From Syntrophus sp. (in: bacteria) (GTDB lineage: Bacteria; Desulfobacterota; Syntrophia; Syntrophales; UBA8958): a stretch of DNA of 43,932 bases. Numbering within the stretch: the first letter of the stretch is position 1; every line of letters begins with the position of its first letter. Location of the stretch: the NCBI GenBank assembly GCA_003451635.1, contig DMAT01000275.1:1-43932 (forward strand). The letters run 5' to 3'. This document shows, in pieces, positions 16,420 to 26,357 of the stretch. The translations under genes and the position numbers were made by a program. The notes under the pieces were generated by a model. The model worked only from the letters and a program-made list of their open reading frames with translations. It made no database searches and had not been told where the DNA came from.

Positions 16420-19269
16420 TTATGTTGATGCAGTTGTTTTATGTTCCGAGCCTTGTAGCAAGCGGTCGAACTTGGCAGGATCGAATAGGGTAGGGGCGAT
16501 CTGAAGGGCAATCTGGAGGGCAATCTCTGCGAAAGACCATTGGCGGTGAAGACAAAATAATTCGGCAACATCATAGATGATCTGCCCCAAATCGTCTAAA
16601 GTCTCGATGGTGCGCCTGGAATTCAACCCCACGATAACATTTAGCGATTCTAAGGATCGAATCAATTCATCCGTGGCTTCCATCCGCCAGTACAGGCTGA
16701 CCTGTAAAAGCCTCTTTTCAATCTGTTCCTCCGCTGTAAGTCCCTCATCAGCGGCTTTTTGCAGGCAATCGGCGGCAGTTTTCAGATCGCCCTCTTTCAG
16801 GAAAGATTTGCCGATATCCATATAAAGCTCTTTATGCTCCTCCAGTAGAGACGGGACTGAGTCGACACTCAGACCCGCTTGATAGGCAATCTTTACCCAT
16901 GGCAAAGCCTTGTCAACCATTTGTTGACTGAAATAGAAGCGGCAGATGTTCTCGGCCTTCTGCGGGCTTTTGCCTGCATCTTCAAAAGACTTCATAAAGA
17001 GGGACTCGGCTGATTCAAAATCTTTTTCCAAAAAGTGGATTAATGCCAAACCGAAGTAGATTTCATTCCTTTTGGAAAAACTGTGACAGTAAAAACTCCC
17101 GAAGACCAATGGGTCTTTTTCAAAGGCGTTATAGATGCGAAGATAGCGCTCCGACATTACTCTGCATAGGTCCGTCGCCTTTTTACGGAAATAAATGGCG
17201 GCAAGGAGATGACACATATCCATATGCATGGGAAATGAATCAAGGGCCTCCAGGCAGATACGTTCCGCATCATCGATTCTGTCCAGGGAGTGGTATCCCT
17301 GTGCTACGGAATAGAAGACGGTCATGAAAAATCCGGTCTTAAGTTGCTTGCGGCGCATGATTTCCAGAGCCATTTCACCATACTCGACGGCCTTGTCAAA
17401 CTCGCGGTGCATCGAATAAGATGCGGATAATTGATAGATACTATAGACATCCTCCGGATCTCTCGCCAGGGTCTCCTGTAAAAGAGTTGTCGTCCGGATG
17501 TGCTTCGCTTCCATTTGTTCTGCAGAGAGATCATAACCGTAGTGGCGGATGCGAATTTCACCGTAGGCTTCCACACCGTGAGCCTGCAACTGGTTGTGGA
17601 CTTTCCGAACATAGGTCATCCCCATATGATTGCGGAACAGCCGGATCAGATAAAAGACGCCGTGGACGGAACCGTCCTTTTTTACGTCGTAAAAACGGCA
17701 GTGAAAATAATCTGCCTTCCCTCCCCGGACGGTGTCCTTCAGTATGTATCCGTCTTCCGGAAACAGCTCTTCGTCGGCGTCCAGTTGAAAGATCCAGTCG
17801 CCGGTGGCATAGGAGAGCGACTGATTCCGGTGTTTGCTGAAGTCGTTTTCCCAGGGATGATGATAAACACGAGCGCCGTAGCTTGCAGCGATTTCAATGG
17901 TTCTGTCCGTTGAACCGGTATCGACGATAATGATCTCATCAACATATTTACTGACGCTCTTCAGACAGCGCTCCAGGCAGGCTTCTTCATTCTTCACAAT
18001 CATACAAAGGGAAATCGTGGGTATCCTTGCTTCGTTCTTTCGTTCTTTAAGAATAGACGGCGCCTTCCCCTTGCGCCGACCCGCTGCACCGGCTATTTTT
18101 AGCCATAGCTGTGCTTTTTCATCTCTCTGGTGTTTAAGATAGAAACGGCTGATATCCTCCGCCATGCCTATCTCTTTTCCCGTATCTTCATAGCCTTTGC
18201 GGAAGAAATCGTCTGCCCCGTCAATGTCGCCTCCCTGAAAATGAATGCAGGCCAAGCCGAAATAGATTTTATGCCGCAAGGTGAAGCTGTGGCAGTAAGT
18301 GTTTCCCATGAGGGAGGGATTTCGTTTCAGTGTCTCATGTACCTCAAGGAAGCTCAGGCACATCTTCCGTGATTCTTCATAATCCTGCTTTTCAAAATAT
18401 ATGGAGGCCAGGAGATGATAAACATCAAGGTGATTGGGATAGATCGCGAGGGCCTCCCGGCAGAGACGTTCCACTTCTTCAAGACGGTTAAGGGCGTAAT
18501 AGGCTTGGGCGATAGTGTGGAAAGCGGTCAAAAAATAATCGTTATTCATGCATTTATGCCGTCTTAGTTCGAGGACCTTTTCGCCGTATTCGATGACCTT
18601 CTCAGGCTCCCGGTGCATGGAATAAGATGTGGCTAACTGATAGAGGCAGTAGGCGTCTTCAGGATCTGCGGCAAGCATCTCCTTGAGCAGTGTTGTGGTG
18701 CGGAGATGCTTGGCCTCCATAGCCTCAGGCGAGAGATCGTATCCGTAGTGTTTAACCCGGATATCGCTGTAAGCCTCCCTGCCACTTGTGAGGAGTTGGT
18801 TATGGACTTTCCGGGCATAGGTCATTCCCATGCCGTTACGGAAGAGGCGGACCAGGTAGAAAACTCCGTGGATGGAACTATCCTTATTTATATCGTGAAA
18901 TCGGCAATGGTAAAAATCGGCCTTATCCTGCCGGATGATTTTCCGCAGGCGCGGCCCGTCTCCGGCAAAGAGTTCCTCGTCGGCGTCCAATTGTAATATC
19001 CATTTACCTTTCGCGTAACTCAGGGATTGATTGCGGTGCTTGCTGAAGTCTTTTTCCCAGGGGTGATGATAGATCCGGGCGCCGTAGCTTTCAGCGATCC
19101 CAACAGTGCCGTCCGTTGAACCCGTATCGACGATAATGATCTCATCGACGTAATTGCAGACACTCTCCAGGCAGCGCCCCAGGCAAGCCTCCTCGTTCTT
19201 CACAATCATGCACAGCGAGATTGATTGGTGCTTTTGGTTGGAGGGCCTACTTTTGGGTATTTTCTTCAT
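16420..19269 (-). CDS. Tandemly duplicated GT2 glycosyltransferase-TPR protein (two GT2-TPR modules in one 949-aa ORF); putative flagellin glycosyltransferase
   Basis: ISLCMIVKNEEACL..CL.SV..YVDEIIIVDTGSTD.T..IA.SYGAR.YHHPWE.DFSKHRNQSLSYA.G.WI.QLDADEELF occurs twice, 402 codons apart. Each copy is followed by TPR-like helical repeats. The gene lies immediately upstream of flagellin. Confidence 0.8.
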   Translation of the reverse strand: MKKIPKSRPSNQKHQSISLCMIVKNEEACLGRCLESVCNYVDEIIIVDTGSTDGTVGIAESYGARIYHHPWEKDFSKHRNQSLSYAKGKWILQLDADEELFAGDGPRLRKIIRQDKADFYHCRFHDINKDSSIHGVFYLVRLFRNGMGMTYARKVHNQLLTSGREAYSDIRVKHYGYDLSPEAMEAKHLRTTTLLKEMLAADPEDAYCLYQLATSYSMHREPEKVIEYGEKVLELRRHKCMNNDYFLTAFHTIAQAYYALNRLEEVERLCREALAIYPNHLDVYHLLASIYFEKQDYEESRKMCLSFLEVHETLKRNPSLMGNTYCHSFTLRHKIYFGLACIHFQGGDIDGADDFFRKGYEDTGKEIGMAEDISRFYLKHQRDEKAQLWLKIAGAAGRRKGKAPSILKERKNEARIPTISLCMIVKNEEACLERCLKSVSKYVDEIIIVDTGSTDRTIEIAASYGARVYHHPWENDFSKHRNQSLSYATGDWIFQLDADEELFPEDGYILKDTVRGGKADYFHCRFYDVKKDGSVHGVFYLIRLFRNHMGMTYVRKVHNQLQAHGVEAYGEIRIRHYGYDLSAEQMEAKHIRTTTLLQETLARDPEDVYSIYQLSASYSMHREFDKAVEYGEMALEIMRRKQLKTGFFMTVFYSVAQGYHSLDRIDDAERICLEALDSFPMHMDMCHLLAAIYFRKKATDLCRVMSERYLRIYNAFEKDPLVFGSFYCHSFSKRNEIYFGLALIHFLEKDFESAESLFMKSFEDAGKSPQKAENICRFYFSQQMVDKALPWVKIAYQAGLSVDSVPSLLEEHKELYMDIGKSFLKEGDLKTAADCLQKAADEGLTAEEQIEKRLLQVSLYWRMEATDELIRSLESLNVIVGLNSRRTIETLDDLGQIIYDVAELFCLHRQWSFAEIALQIALQIAPTLFDPAKFDRLLQGSEHKTTAST

Positions 19270-19278
19270 TCACAGGAC

Positions 19279-20202
19279 TCATATTGTCAGCGACAGGGGA
19301 GTATGATTTATGTAGTTTATCCCGAGATGGTCGCATTCAATGCACAAAGGTTGACTTATTTTCTGCTGTTGGATTTCTTCCAGGGACATATTGAATATCT
19401 TTCCAAGGGAATAACTTTGTGAATTTCGGCCCACGCCGCAGCATAGCAAGACTTCGCAATTTTCGTTGATGCTGAGAAAATCATTTTGGGGGCAATCGTA
19501 ATGAAGAGGCTTGTTATTAAGGACATCACTGTAATAATAAGTAAGCAATTCGCTCGTTGCGTCTTTTAATGTTTCGTAGGGCATCTTGTTTGTCAGGTAG
19601 TCTCTGAACATGTTGTAATCATTAAAATAAGCGGCAGAATAAGAGATGGGTACGTTGAGTGATTCTGCAAATTGCTTTGCCAAAAACACCTCCCAGATGT
19701 TGAATTGATATAGGTGATACGCGATAAAGAATTTGTTTGTTAAAAAGCCGTTTTCTGAATAACGGTTAATGAGGTTGACCATATTCGATTTAATTTTTTC
19801 AAAGTTGAACCCGTGAATACGATCGTAAGATTGCTGGCTGAAACCGGACATGGAAATTATAGCTTGTGACAGGTTTTTGAGTTCCCGGGCATTCAGATAA
19901 ACCGGAAATGAAGCATTTGTACTGAAGGAATAACACAAATCATGATCAAGCAAAATTTCGATAATATCTTTGATTCGGGGATGCAATAAAGGCTCTCCCC
20001 ACTGGTAAAGTGAAATTAAAGTCTGATGTCCAATTATATGATTATCAAGTAAATACCGTATGGCCCGTTCAAAATCACTGATTCCGATAAAGCTTGCCTG
20101 TTTTCTGTGAAATCGTCCGGAAATGCTTTTCTTACCATTTGCACAGTATTTACAGTTTGCGTTACATATCCCGGAGATTTCGAAATAGAGTCTTTTATAC
20201 AT
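19279..20202 (-). CDS. Radical SAM protein with C-terminal SPASM/twitch-like Cys cluster
   Basis: CNANCKYC (CxxxCxxC) at the N-terminus. C-terminal CPQNDFLSINENCEVLLCC and CIEC motifs. Confidence 0.75.
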   Translation of the reverse strand: MYKRLYFEISGICNANCKYCANGKKSISGRFHRKQASFIGISDFERAIRYLLDNHIIGHQTLISLYQWGEPLLHPRIKDIIEILLDHDLCYSFSTNASFPVYLNARELKNLSQAIISMSGFSQQSYDRIHGFNFEKIKSNMVNLINRYSENGFLTNKFFIAYHLYQFNIWEVFLAKQFAESLNVPISYSAAYFNDYNMFRDYLTNKMPYETLKDATSELLTYYYSDVLNNKPLHYDCPQNDFLSINENCEVLLCCGVGRNSQSYSLGKIFNMSLEEIQQQKISQPLCIECDHLGINYINHTPLSLTI

Positions 20203-20254
20203 CCTTTATCCACCTGTCTTTGATAAATTCTTCACGATTATAAAATCAAGCCTT

Positions 20255-21166
20255 TCAGGAGGCCTCGTTCACGGTTTCCATTATGTTCATATCCGCCTTA
20301 TCCCTGTGCAATCGCTTCAAAGGAACATCGCACCGAGAACAACGCTCAAGATCATTTATTCGGCCCTTGTTCATAAGCGCACGCGCATCCCTGAATACGT
20401 CGCCGTTAAAGATGTCGACAGGATCCTCGTCAAAGGCGCTACCAAGTTTGTAAAAGGATGCATCAACGTCAATACAGCAAAACTGAATCTTCCCGGAGGC
20501 ATTGATAGTGATGCGGTCGAATATGTAAGGACAGGAAACGCTTTTGGGGATAATGCATTCCGCATCCGCCCAATTATGTCTGGGAAAACGCAGCACCATG
20601 TCCCCTCTTGTCAAAGTGAGATATTGAGACCAGTAATCTGTGTATTCCTGCCATTCATCTTCGTTCAATTCCTGTTCGATCATCCTGACACATATTGTCG
20701 TGGCATATTTTCCTTCGTTGCGAAGCCGTATGAACATCTGGATATTATCGATAACCCGCTGGAAGGACAATCCCTGCCTGATTTGCTCAAACCGATCTTT
20801 CCTCAGGCTATCGATACTGAATATGACGATGTCTATCCCCGTGTCCAAAAGCTTGGATGCACGCCGCTTATCGAGCATGCCGCCATTTGTGGGCAGGCTT
20901 ACTTGACGGAAGCCGGCATCTTTGGCTACCCCTATTTTCACAAAGACATTCGGGTCGAGGATGGCCTCACCCAAGCCCACGATGTTCAGATACTCAATGC
21001 TTTCTCTGTATGGAATCAGCTTGTTTACAATATTGACAAACATTTCCTGTGACATGAGTTGAGGACGTTGGGAGGACGAATGAATAGAGCACATTATGCA
21101 TGAGGCATTGCAGATCCCATGCACTGTTTCAATATCAATAATGGAAGGAGTAATCATATCATTCAT
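20255..21166 (-). CDS. Radical SAM / SPASM-domain protein
   Basis: CNASCIMC (CxxxCxxC). C-terminal CPYIFDRITINASGKIQFCC (Cx12Gx4C) and CSRC motifs. Confidence 0.8.
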   Translation of the reverse strand: MNDMITPSIIDIETVHGICNASCIMCSIHSSSQRPQLMSQEMFVNIVNKLIPYRESIEYLNIVGLGEAILDPNVFVKIGVAKDAGFRQVSLPTNGGMLDKRRASKLLDTGIDIVIFSIDSLRKDRFEQIRQGLSFQRVIDNIQMFIRLRNEGKYATTICVRMIEQELNEDEWQEYTDYWSQYLTLTRGDMVLRFPRHNWADAECIIPKSVSCPYIFDRITINASGKIQFCCIDVDASFYKLGSAFDEDPVDIFNGDVFRDARALMNKGRINDLERCSRCDVPLKRLHRDKADMNIMETVNEAS

Positions 21167-21212
21167 TGGAATATATTTTCCTGATCAACAGTGTTGCCTC
21201 ATAGTCAGGGCC

Positions 21213-21962
21213 TTATTTTATACATCGCAGGTAACCGCCCGGATTGCAGGTGAGTAGTAATTTTCTGTCATAGTAATTGTCGATGATGAAGCGGTCAGTC
21301 TCCTTCAAGAAAGACTCCAAGGCAGTTTTCGGGTTGTTTCCCGGCCCCCAGGGTCGCGGCCTGTGATCTTGGGGCGGAATATCTTCGACGATGGTATCAC
21401 CGCAGATCATGTAGTGCCCCTTGCCGACGAAGGCTGAGTAGAGGCGAAGTTCGGCAAGGACATGGTCGTGGCTGTGATAGGAATCGAGAATCACGAGAAC
21501 CTCACGGCAATCCTTAATGATGGACCGGATATGGGCAATGGTGTCAGATTCAACGGAAGAGCCGGCAATGAGATCGATTTTATTGGATAATTCACCATGA
21601 CTACTCAGCCTGGCCTTGAGGTCATCGGGGATGTATATGTCAACTCCGATGACTCTTTCCCCACCTAATACCGTAAGCAGAGTTGAGCAAAAAAGGAGCG
21701 ATCCACCCCATGCGACGCCGAGTTCAACGACATATTTTGGACGTGTATGGTAAATAATATCCTGGAGGGCAAACATGTCCTGTGGTAGATTCAGGATTGG
21801 TTCACCGAACCAGTTCGTCTGGTGAACCCAGTGATATTTGTCGGCGTCAATGACCAGATCTCTGGCCCTCTTAACAAGTCCCTCGTCCTGGCACATGGCC
21901 AGAGCTGATTCTGTGCGCAGATCCTCGAATTCTTCCCTGTTCAGCATCTTTTTTTCAGTCAT
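21213..21962 (-). CDS. CmcI/cephalosporin-hydroxylase-family SAM-dependent methyltransferase (sugar O-methyltransferase-like)
   Basis: W.HQTNWFGEPILNLPQDMFALQDIIYHTRPKYVVELGVAWGGSLLF...VILDSYHSHDHVLAELRLY is typical of the CmcI family. Confidence 0.7.
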   Translation of the reverse strand: MTEKKMLNREEFEDLRTESALAMCQDEGLVKRARDLVIDADKYHWVHQTNWFGEPILNLPQDMFALQDIIYHTRPKYVVELGVAWGGSLLFCSTLLTVLGGERVIGVDIYIPDDLKARLSSHGELSNKIDLIAGSSVESDTIAHIRSIIKDCREVLVILDSYHSHDHVLAELRLYSAFVGKGHYMICGDTIVEDIPPQDHRPRPWGPGNNPKTALESFLKETDRFIIDNYYDRKLLLTCNPGGYLRCIK

Positions 21963-22899
21963 GGTAACCTCCAGCGCCTTGCAGCAGGCCTATGGTTTCG
22001 GTTATGTTCTTCTCAATGGAACCGGTAAAGGCAAAACCAAGATCCCGGAAACGTCGGCTTGAGACGGTATATGACAATTGGTTCATGATTTCTGTATCCA
22101 CATAATCGATCGTGACTTCACCCACCTTTGGTCTGATCCAGGAGATGACGTCGTTGACAGTCAGGTTCTCCGTTACGACGTTGTAGACGCGACCATCGAA
22201 ACAGCGCTTGTCGAGAAGGAAAAAGAGGGCATTCATAGCATCGTTGATGGAAAGATAGGGACGTTTCTGGTGCAGGGCCGTCCGCCAGACCGTGAGGGGC
22301 TGTCCCAGAACGGCCTGCCAGCAAAATTTGTTGGCAGCCGTATGAAACCGCATCCCCGGCGAGATGCCAACAATCGTCCCGAAGCGGCAGGTCACGAAGC
22401 TCAGGCTATTTACCGCCGCCATATCTTTCAGGAGACGCTCTTCCCGAAGCTTGGTTTCCGCATAGGGACTCTGTGGCTTCAGCTCTCCCTCATCGCAATC
22501 CTCATCAACAATTGACTTCTGGGTGCCATAGACGCTGGTGGAGGATAAATGGATCATGGGGATTCCCAGGAGAACGCAACTGTCGGCTACTCTTTTAGTG
22601 GTGTTGTAATTCACATGTTCAATCTTTTCCCTGATCTGGAAGCTTCCCGCGGCGTCGGTAATAGCGGCGAGGTGGATGACCGCATCGACACCGGTCATGA
22701 TGGATGGCAGGTCAAGCTCAAGAACATCTCCTTCAATAAAGCGGTAAATGCACTCACCGGGAAGGTTAAACAATGAGGTGTATCGTTGGGTGCACAGGTT
22801 GTCGATCAAGACGAGTTCCGACGACGGAAAATGGTAGGGAAACTCCCTGATCAGCCTTGATCCGATATGTCCCAACGGGCCTGTGACAAGTATCTTCAT
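21955..22899 (-). CDS. NAD-dependent sugar epimerase/dehydratase/reductase (extended SDR)
   Basis: MKILVTGPLGHIGSRL Rossmann motif and YAETK (YxxxK) catalytic motif. Confidence 0.8.
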   Translation of the reverse strand: MKILVTGPLGHIGSRLIREFPYHFPSSELVLIDNLCTQRYTSLFNLPGECIYRFIEGDVLELDLPSIMTGVDAVIHLAAITDAAGSFQIREKIEHVNYNTTKRVADSCVLLGIPMIHLSSTSVYGTQKSIVDEDCDEGELKPQSPYAETKLREERLLKDMAAVNSLSFVTCRFGTIVGISPGMRFHTAANKFCWQAVLGQPLTVWRTALHQKRPYLSINDAMNALFFLLDKRCFDGRVYNVVTENLTVNDVISWIRPKVGEVTIDYVDTEIMNQLSYTVSSRRFRDLGFAFTGSIEKNITETIGLLQGAGGYHD

Positions 22900-22903
22900 G
22901 ATA

Positions 22904-23914
22904 TCACCTTAGGTATTTTTCCAGACAGGTCTCATAATACCCTTTTGTCATCAAAAGTCCGGTTTTCAGATCGGTCATAGGCTTCCAGTTGACAAGGGAT
23001 TTTATCTTCTTGTTGCTGATAACGGCGTCGCCGATCTCCAAAGGTTTTCTGTCTTTCGGCCACTCGACTAATTTGACTTTGCCTGCTCCGATATGCCTTA
23101 TTGTGGCCTTGGCGATGTCCGCGACACTGAAATGTTCGTCGCCGACGGCGAAGATTGTCTCGTTATTTGTCTTTTCAGTCTGAGACGACATAATTAAGGC
23201 GGCAACCACGTCATCGACAAAAATGGAGTTTCTTTTCTGTGCACCGTCGCCGAAAACAGTTATTGTCTTGTTCTGAAGTGCGAGGCCAATGAAGTAGTTG
23301 TTAAAAGTGAAATCGCTGCTGTGGATGCTCGCCCGGGGGCCGAATGTGTTGGAGATCCTTATGACGGTTGCCCTCAAGCCATAGATATTCGCATAGATCA
23401 GGACATATTTCTCAGCAACGGTTTTGTTTGCGGAGTAGATATCAGTCGGGAATTCAGGGTGATTCTCATCGGCGGGTTGATAGTGGAGCTTTCCCAACTG
23501 GGTGCTGGTTCCCAGATGGATAAATTTCGCCTCCCGGTTGAAACGTCGGATGGCCTCCAGTTGGTTGATGACGGCACGGCTGTTCACGTCAAGGTTCATC
23601 CAGGGTTCACGGATGGAAAAGGGATGAGAGGTGGAGGCGGCGCAGTTGAAGATAATATCCTTTTCAAAAATTTGCTCAGACAGCCGATCCATGTTTAAGA
23701 TGTCATAGTGACAAAGTTGGACATAGTCTCTGATGTCGTGGATATTAAATAGATTTCCTCCTGAGCTGGGGTCCATGCAGTCATAAATGGTGACCTCGGC
23801 GCCTAGCTCCAGGCACTTGTGGGTGAGATTGCTGCCGATGAATCCGAGACCGCCGGTAATAAGAACCCTCTGGCCGCGCAAGGATGGAAGTTTAATGCTA
23901 TGGTATTTATTCAT
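22904..23914 (-). CDS. NAD-dependent sugar epimerase/dehydratase (extended SDR)
   Basis: VLITGGLGFIGSNL Rossmann motif and YSANK (YxxxK). Confidence 0.8.
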   Translation of the reverse strand: MNKYHSIKLPSLRGQRVLITGGLGFIGSNLTHKCLELGAEVTIYDCMDPSSGGNLFNIHDIRDYVQLCHYDILNMDRLSEQIFEKDIIFNCAASTSHPFSIREPWMNLDVNSRAVINQLEAIRRFNREAKFIHLGTSTQLGKLHYQPADENHPEFPTDIYSANKTVAEKYVLIYANIYGLRATVIRISNTFGPRASIHSSDFTFNNYFIGLALQNKTITVFGDGAQKRNSIFVDDVVAALIMSSQTEKTNNETIFAVGDEHFSVADIAKATIRHIGAGKVKLVEWPKDRKPLEIGDAVISNKKIKSLVNWKPMTDLKTGLLMTKGYYETCLEKYLR

Positions 23915-23925
23915 TTATTCCTCAC

Positions 23926-25065
23926 TTATTTCTTAAAGATTCGTCGGACTCCCTCGCAAACCCGATCGATCTGTGATTCCGTCATAATCAAGGCGCCGGG
24001 AAGATTGATCCCACGGTCGCAGATGTCATAGGCTGTGAGGTTTCGCGGACTATATATTGCCTCTTTACCAGGGTAGGCGGGAAGGGATGACAACGGGTAG
24101 AAAAATGGCCGGGTGGGCAGTCCAAGTTCCTGTAGCCTTTCCATTGCCTTTATCTTGTCCATATTGTAGCTTTTGCCGATAAGGAGTCCGGTGATCCAGA
24201 CGCTGTTGAATCCTCCTTCCGGTTCGGCATTGAGTTGAATATCCTCTATATCCGAGAGCCGCTCCTTGTAGCTTTCAAATATCCAGCGCTTTTTTGCGAT
24301 TAGTTCATCAATTCGCTGGAACTGGGCATATCCCATGGCCGCCTGGAGGTTGAAGGGCATGTATTTGTAAGTCACCTCGTAATTAAAATAGGCCGGGCCG
24401 TCGGGCCGACGCCCGTGATCCCTCAGGAAGCGACAGCGCTCATGGAGTTTATCGTCGTCAAGAATCAGCATGCCACCTTCGCCTGTCACCACGGTTTTCG
24501 TGCGGTGAAAACTGTACACGCTGGCAATACCGAAGTTCCCCGCCCTTTTCCCTTTGTATTTGGATCCAAGGGCCTCAGCCGCGTCTTCAATCATAGGGAT
24601 GCCGTAGTGGTCCGTAATAGCCATGAGTTCGTCCATAAGGGGCATATTGCCGAAAAGATCGACGGGAATTACAGCCTTTGTCTTCGGGGTGATATTCCTC
24701 TCCAGAGACTGTGGATCCATGCACCAATGAACCGGATCGATATCACAAAAAATGGGGATGGCCCGCAGATAAGAGACCGGTGCGGCTGTGGCAATCCAGG
24801 TGCACTCGGGAACAATGACTTCGTCGCCGTCTTCGATACCCAGAGCAGTCAGAAGCAGATGAATCGCCGTCGTGCAATTTGGCGTCATGATACCGTAACG
24901 TCGATTGTGATAGGCGGCGAATTCCCTCTCAAAGGTTTCTACGTACCCGTAATTGTACCACCCGTTTCGCATGCAATCCTCAACAACGCGAATTTCATGC
25001 TCTGTAATCCACGGTCCGGACATAAAAATAGGTTCTGTTGGCATTTTTTCTTTTCTCTCGGCCAT
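23926..25065 (-). CDS. DegT/DnrJ/EryC1/StrS-family PLP sugar aminotransferase
   Basis: DegT-family architecture (..VIVPECTWIATAAPV...IPVDLFGN...IEDAAEALGSKYKGK..G.FG.ASVYSFHRTKTVVTGEGGM). Start set at MAERK (GAGGG SD). The longest ORF starts at 25095. Confidence 0.8.
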   Translation of the reverse strand: MAERKEKMPTEPIFMSGPWITEHEIRVVEDCMRNGWYNYGYVETFEREFAAYHNRRYGIMTPNCTTAIHLLLTALGIEDGDEVIVPECTWIATAAPVSYLRAIPIFCDIDPVHWCMDPQSLERNITPKTKAVIPVDLFGNMPLMDELMAITDHYGIPMIEDAAEALGSKYKGKRAGNFGIASVYSFHRTKTVVTGEGGMLILDDDKLHERCRFLRDHGRRPDGPAYFNYEVTYKYMPFNLQAAMGYAQFQRIDELIAKKRWIFESYKERLSDIEDIQLNAEPEGGFNSVWITGLLIGKSYNMDKIKAMERLQELGLPTRPFFYPLSSLPAYPGKEAIYSPRNLTAYDICDRGINLPGALIMTESQIDRVCEGVRRIFKK

Positions 25066-25070
25066 TCTTT

Positions 25071-25865
25071 TTAGTTTACCCTCTGCCAGATCCACATCTT
25101 CGGCGCTCCCATATTTCCCATATCCTGGGGTAAGCGATACGCCAAGAGGTTAATCTCCGAGTCATATCTCATATCTTCCGGTTTTAAGCCCTGATCTGTG
25201 GCGATCTTTGCGTAGATTACCCTGCTTAAGAAATAATAGGTTGAGGCCATCGGCCTGGGTTCTTCCACCAGTCTGAATTCTTCTGTCTCCCAAGTCGCAA
25301 TTACTTCTTCGTCAAGAAAAAGATTATGCCAGGGGACGGGAATAGGATCGAGATCCACTCTGCTTCTCAAGTCGTTCAAGGAGTCAAGGCCCTGGCGCGA
25401 GTCTTCGATCATGAGGTAGTAACCACCAGGTAACACTTGTGACATGATTTCGGTAAAGGCCTGCAATTGATCCTTTGCAGTAGTAAGATTCACAAGGCAA
25501 CGTTGACTCAGGGCGTAATTGAATAGCCCCGTATCACACAGTCCGCCGGGAATCTGAGCCGCTTTGAACAGCACTTCTTCCCCCAAACCGGCGTCATTCT
25601 TCTGCTTATTGGCCAAATTAATGGTTTCAACAGAGAAATCGACGCCAGTCCCAGTGCATCCCCTTTTTTGGGCCAAAGTGATGAGGGTCTTACCGTTTCC
25701 ACAACCGACATCCAGGACGCTGGAGTTAGGTTTTATCCTGTCAAGGATGGCCGCTGTTTCCAGATCCTTAAGAATAAAATCATTTGAACCCGATGTGTGG
25801 CCGAGGCGCGCCCGGGAATCCCAGAATGCCCTGATGCTGTCCTGCGAATCGCTCATGTTCCCCAT
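25071..25865 (-). CDS. Class I SAM-dependent methyltransferase
   Basis: Motif I VLDVGCGNGKTL. Embedded in the sugar-modification operon. Confidence 0.75.
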   Translation of the reverse strand: MGNMSDSQDSIRAFWDSRARLGHTSGSNDFILKDLETAAILDRIKPNSSVLDVGCGNGKTLITLAQKRGCTGTGVDFSVETINLANKQKNDAGLGEEVLFKAAQIPGGLCDTGLFNYALSQRCLVNLTTAKDQLQAFTEIMSQVLPGGYYLMIEDSRQGLDSLNDLRSRVDLDPIPVPWHNLFLDEEVIATWETEEFRLVEEPRPMASTYYFLSRVIYAKIATDQGLKPEDMRYDSEINLLAYRLPQDMGNMGAPKMWIWQRVN

Positions 25866-25898
25866 CCTTTTACCTACCCTTCATCGGCTTATCGCCTA

Positions 25899-26357
25899 TT
25901 ATTGAATGTCCGGACCTTTGAGCCAGTCGTATCCGATGGCCGGGTCATCATGAGGAATTCTCCCCTCTTCATCTGGGTTATAGATTTGTGATGTGATATA
26001 TAGGAGATGGGCCGGGCCTTGGATGCACTTACAGCCATGAGCCACCCCCGGCGGTATCATAACAGCTGTTGCCGGTTGATGGTCACCCATGAAAAATGCC
26101 ATGGTCTTCCCGTAAGTCGGAGACCCTTTTCTTGCGTCATGCAATGCCGTCTTCAAGACACCGCAGACTATATACCACCAGTCTATCTGGGTCTTGTGGA
26201 TATGCCAAGCCTTGGTAACGCCTGCATACATCAGAGAATGGCTCCATTGACCGAACCCGGCGGCAAAAAAATCATCGGTATGGCGAATTATTTCCCGGAA
26301 GAAACCCCGCTCGTCGGTGTGAGTGACCAATTTCTTGAAGATGACGCCTTCAATCAT
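25899..26357 (-). CDS. RmlC-like cupin (NDP-4-keto-6-deoxyhexose 3,5-epimerase family)
   Basis: [53 protein letters not shown] and [20 protein letters not shown] follow the RmlC pattern. Confidence 0.7.
   Translation of the reverse strand: MIEGVIFKKLVTHTDERGFFREIIRHTDDFFAAGFGQWSHSLMYAGVTKAWHIHKTQIDWWYIVCGVLKTALHDARKGSPTYGKTMAFFMGDHQPATAVMIPPGVAHGCKCIQGPAHLLYITSQIYNPDEEGRIPHDDPAIGYDWLKGPDIQ

Noticed and set aside
20306-21052. 248-aa plus-strand ORF antisense to the radical SAM gene
   Set aside because: The minus-strand frame carries the CxxxCxxC and SPASM motifs. The plus-strand translation has no recognisable features.
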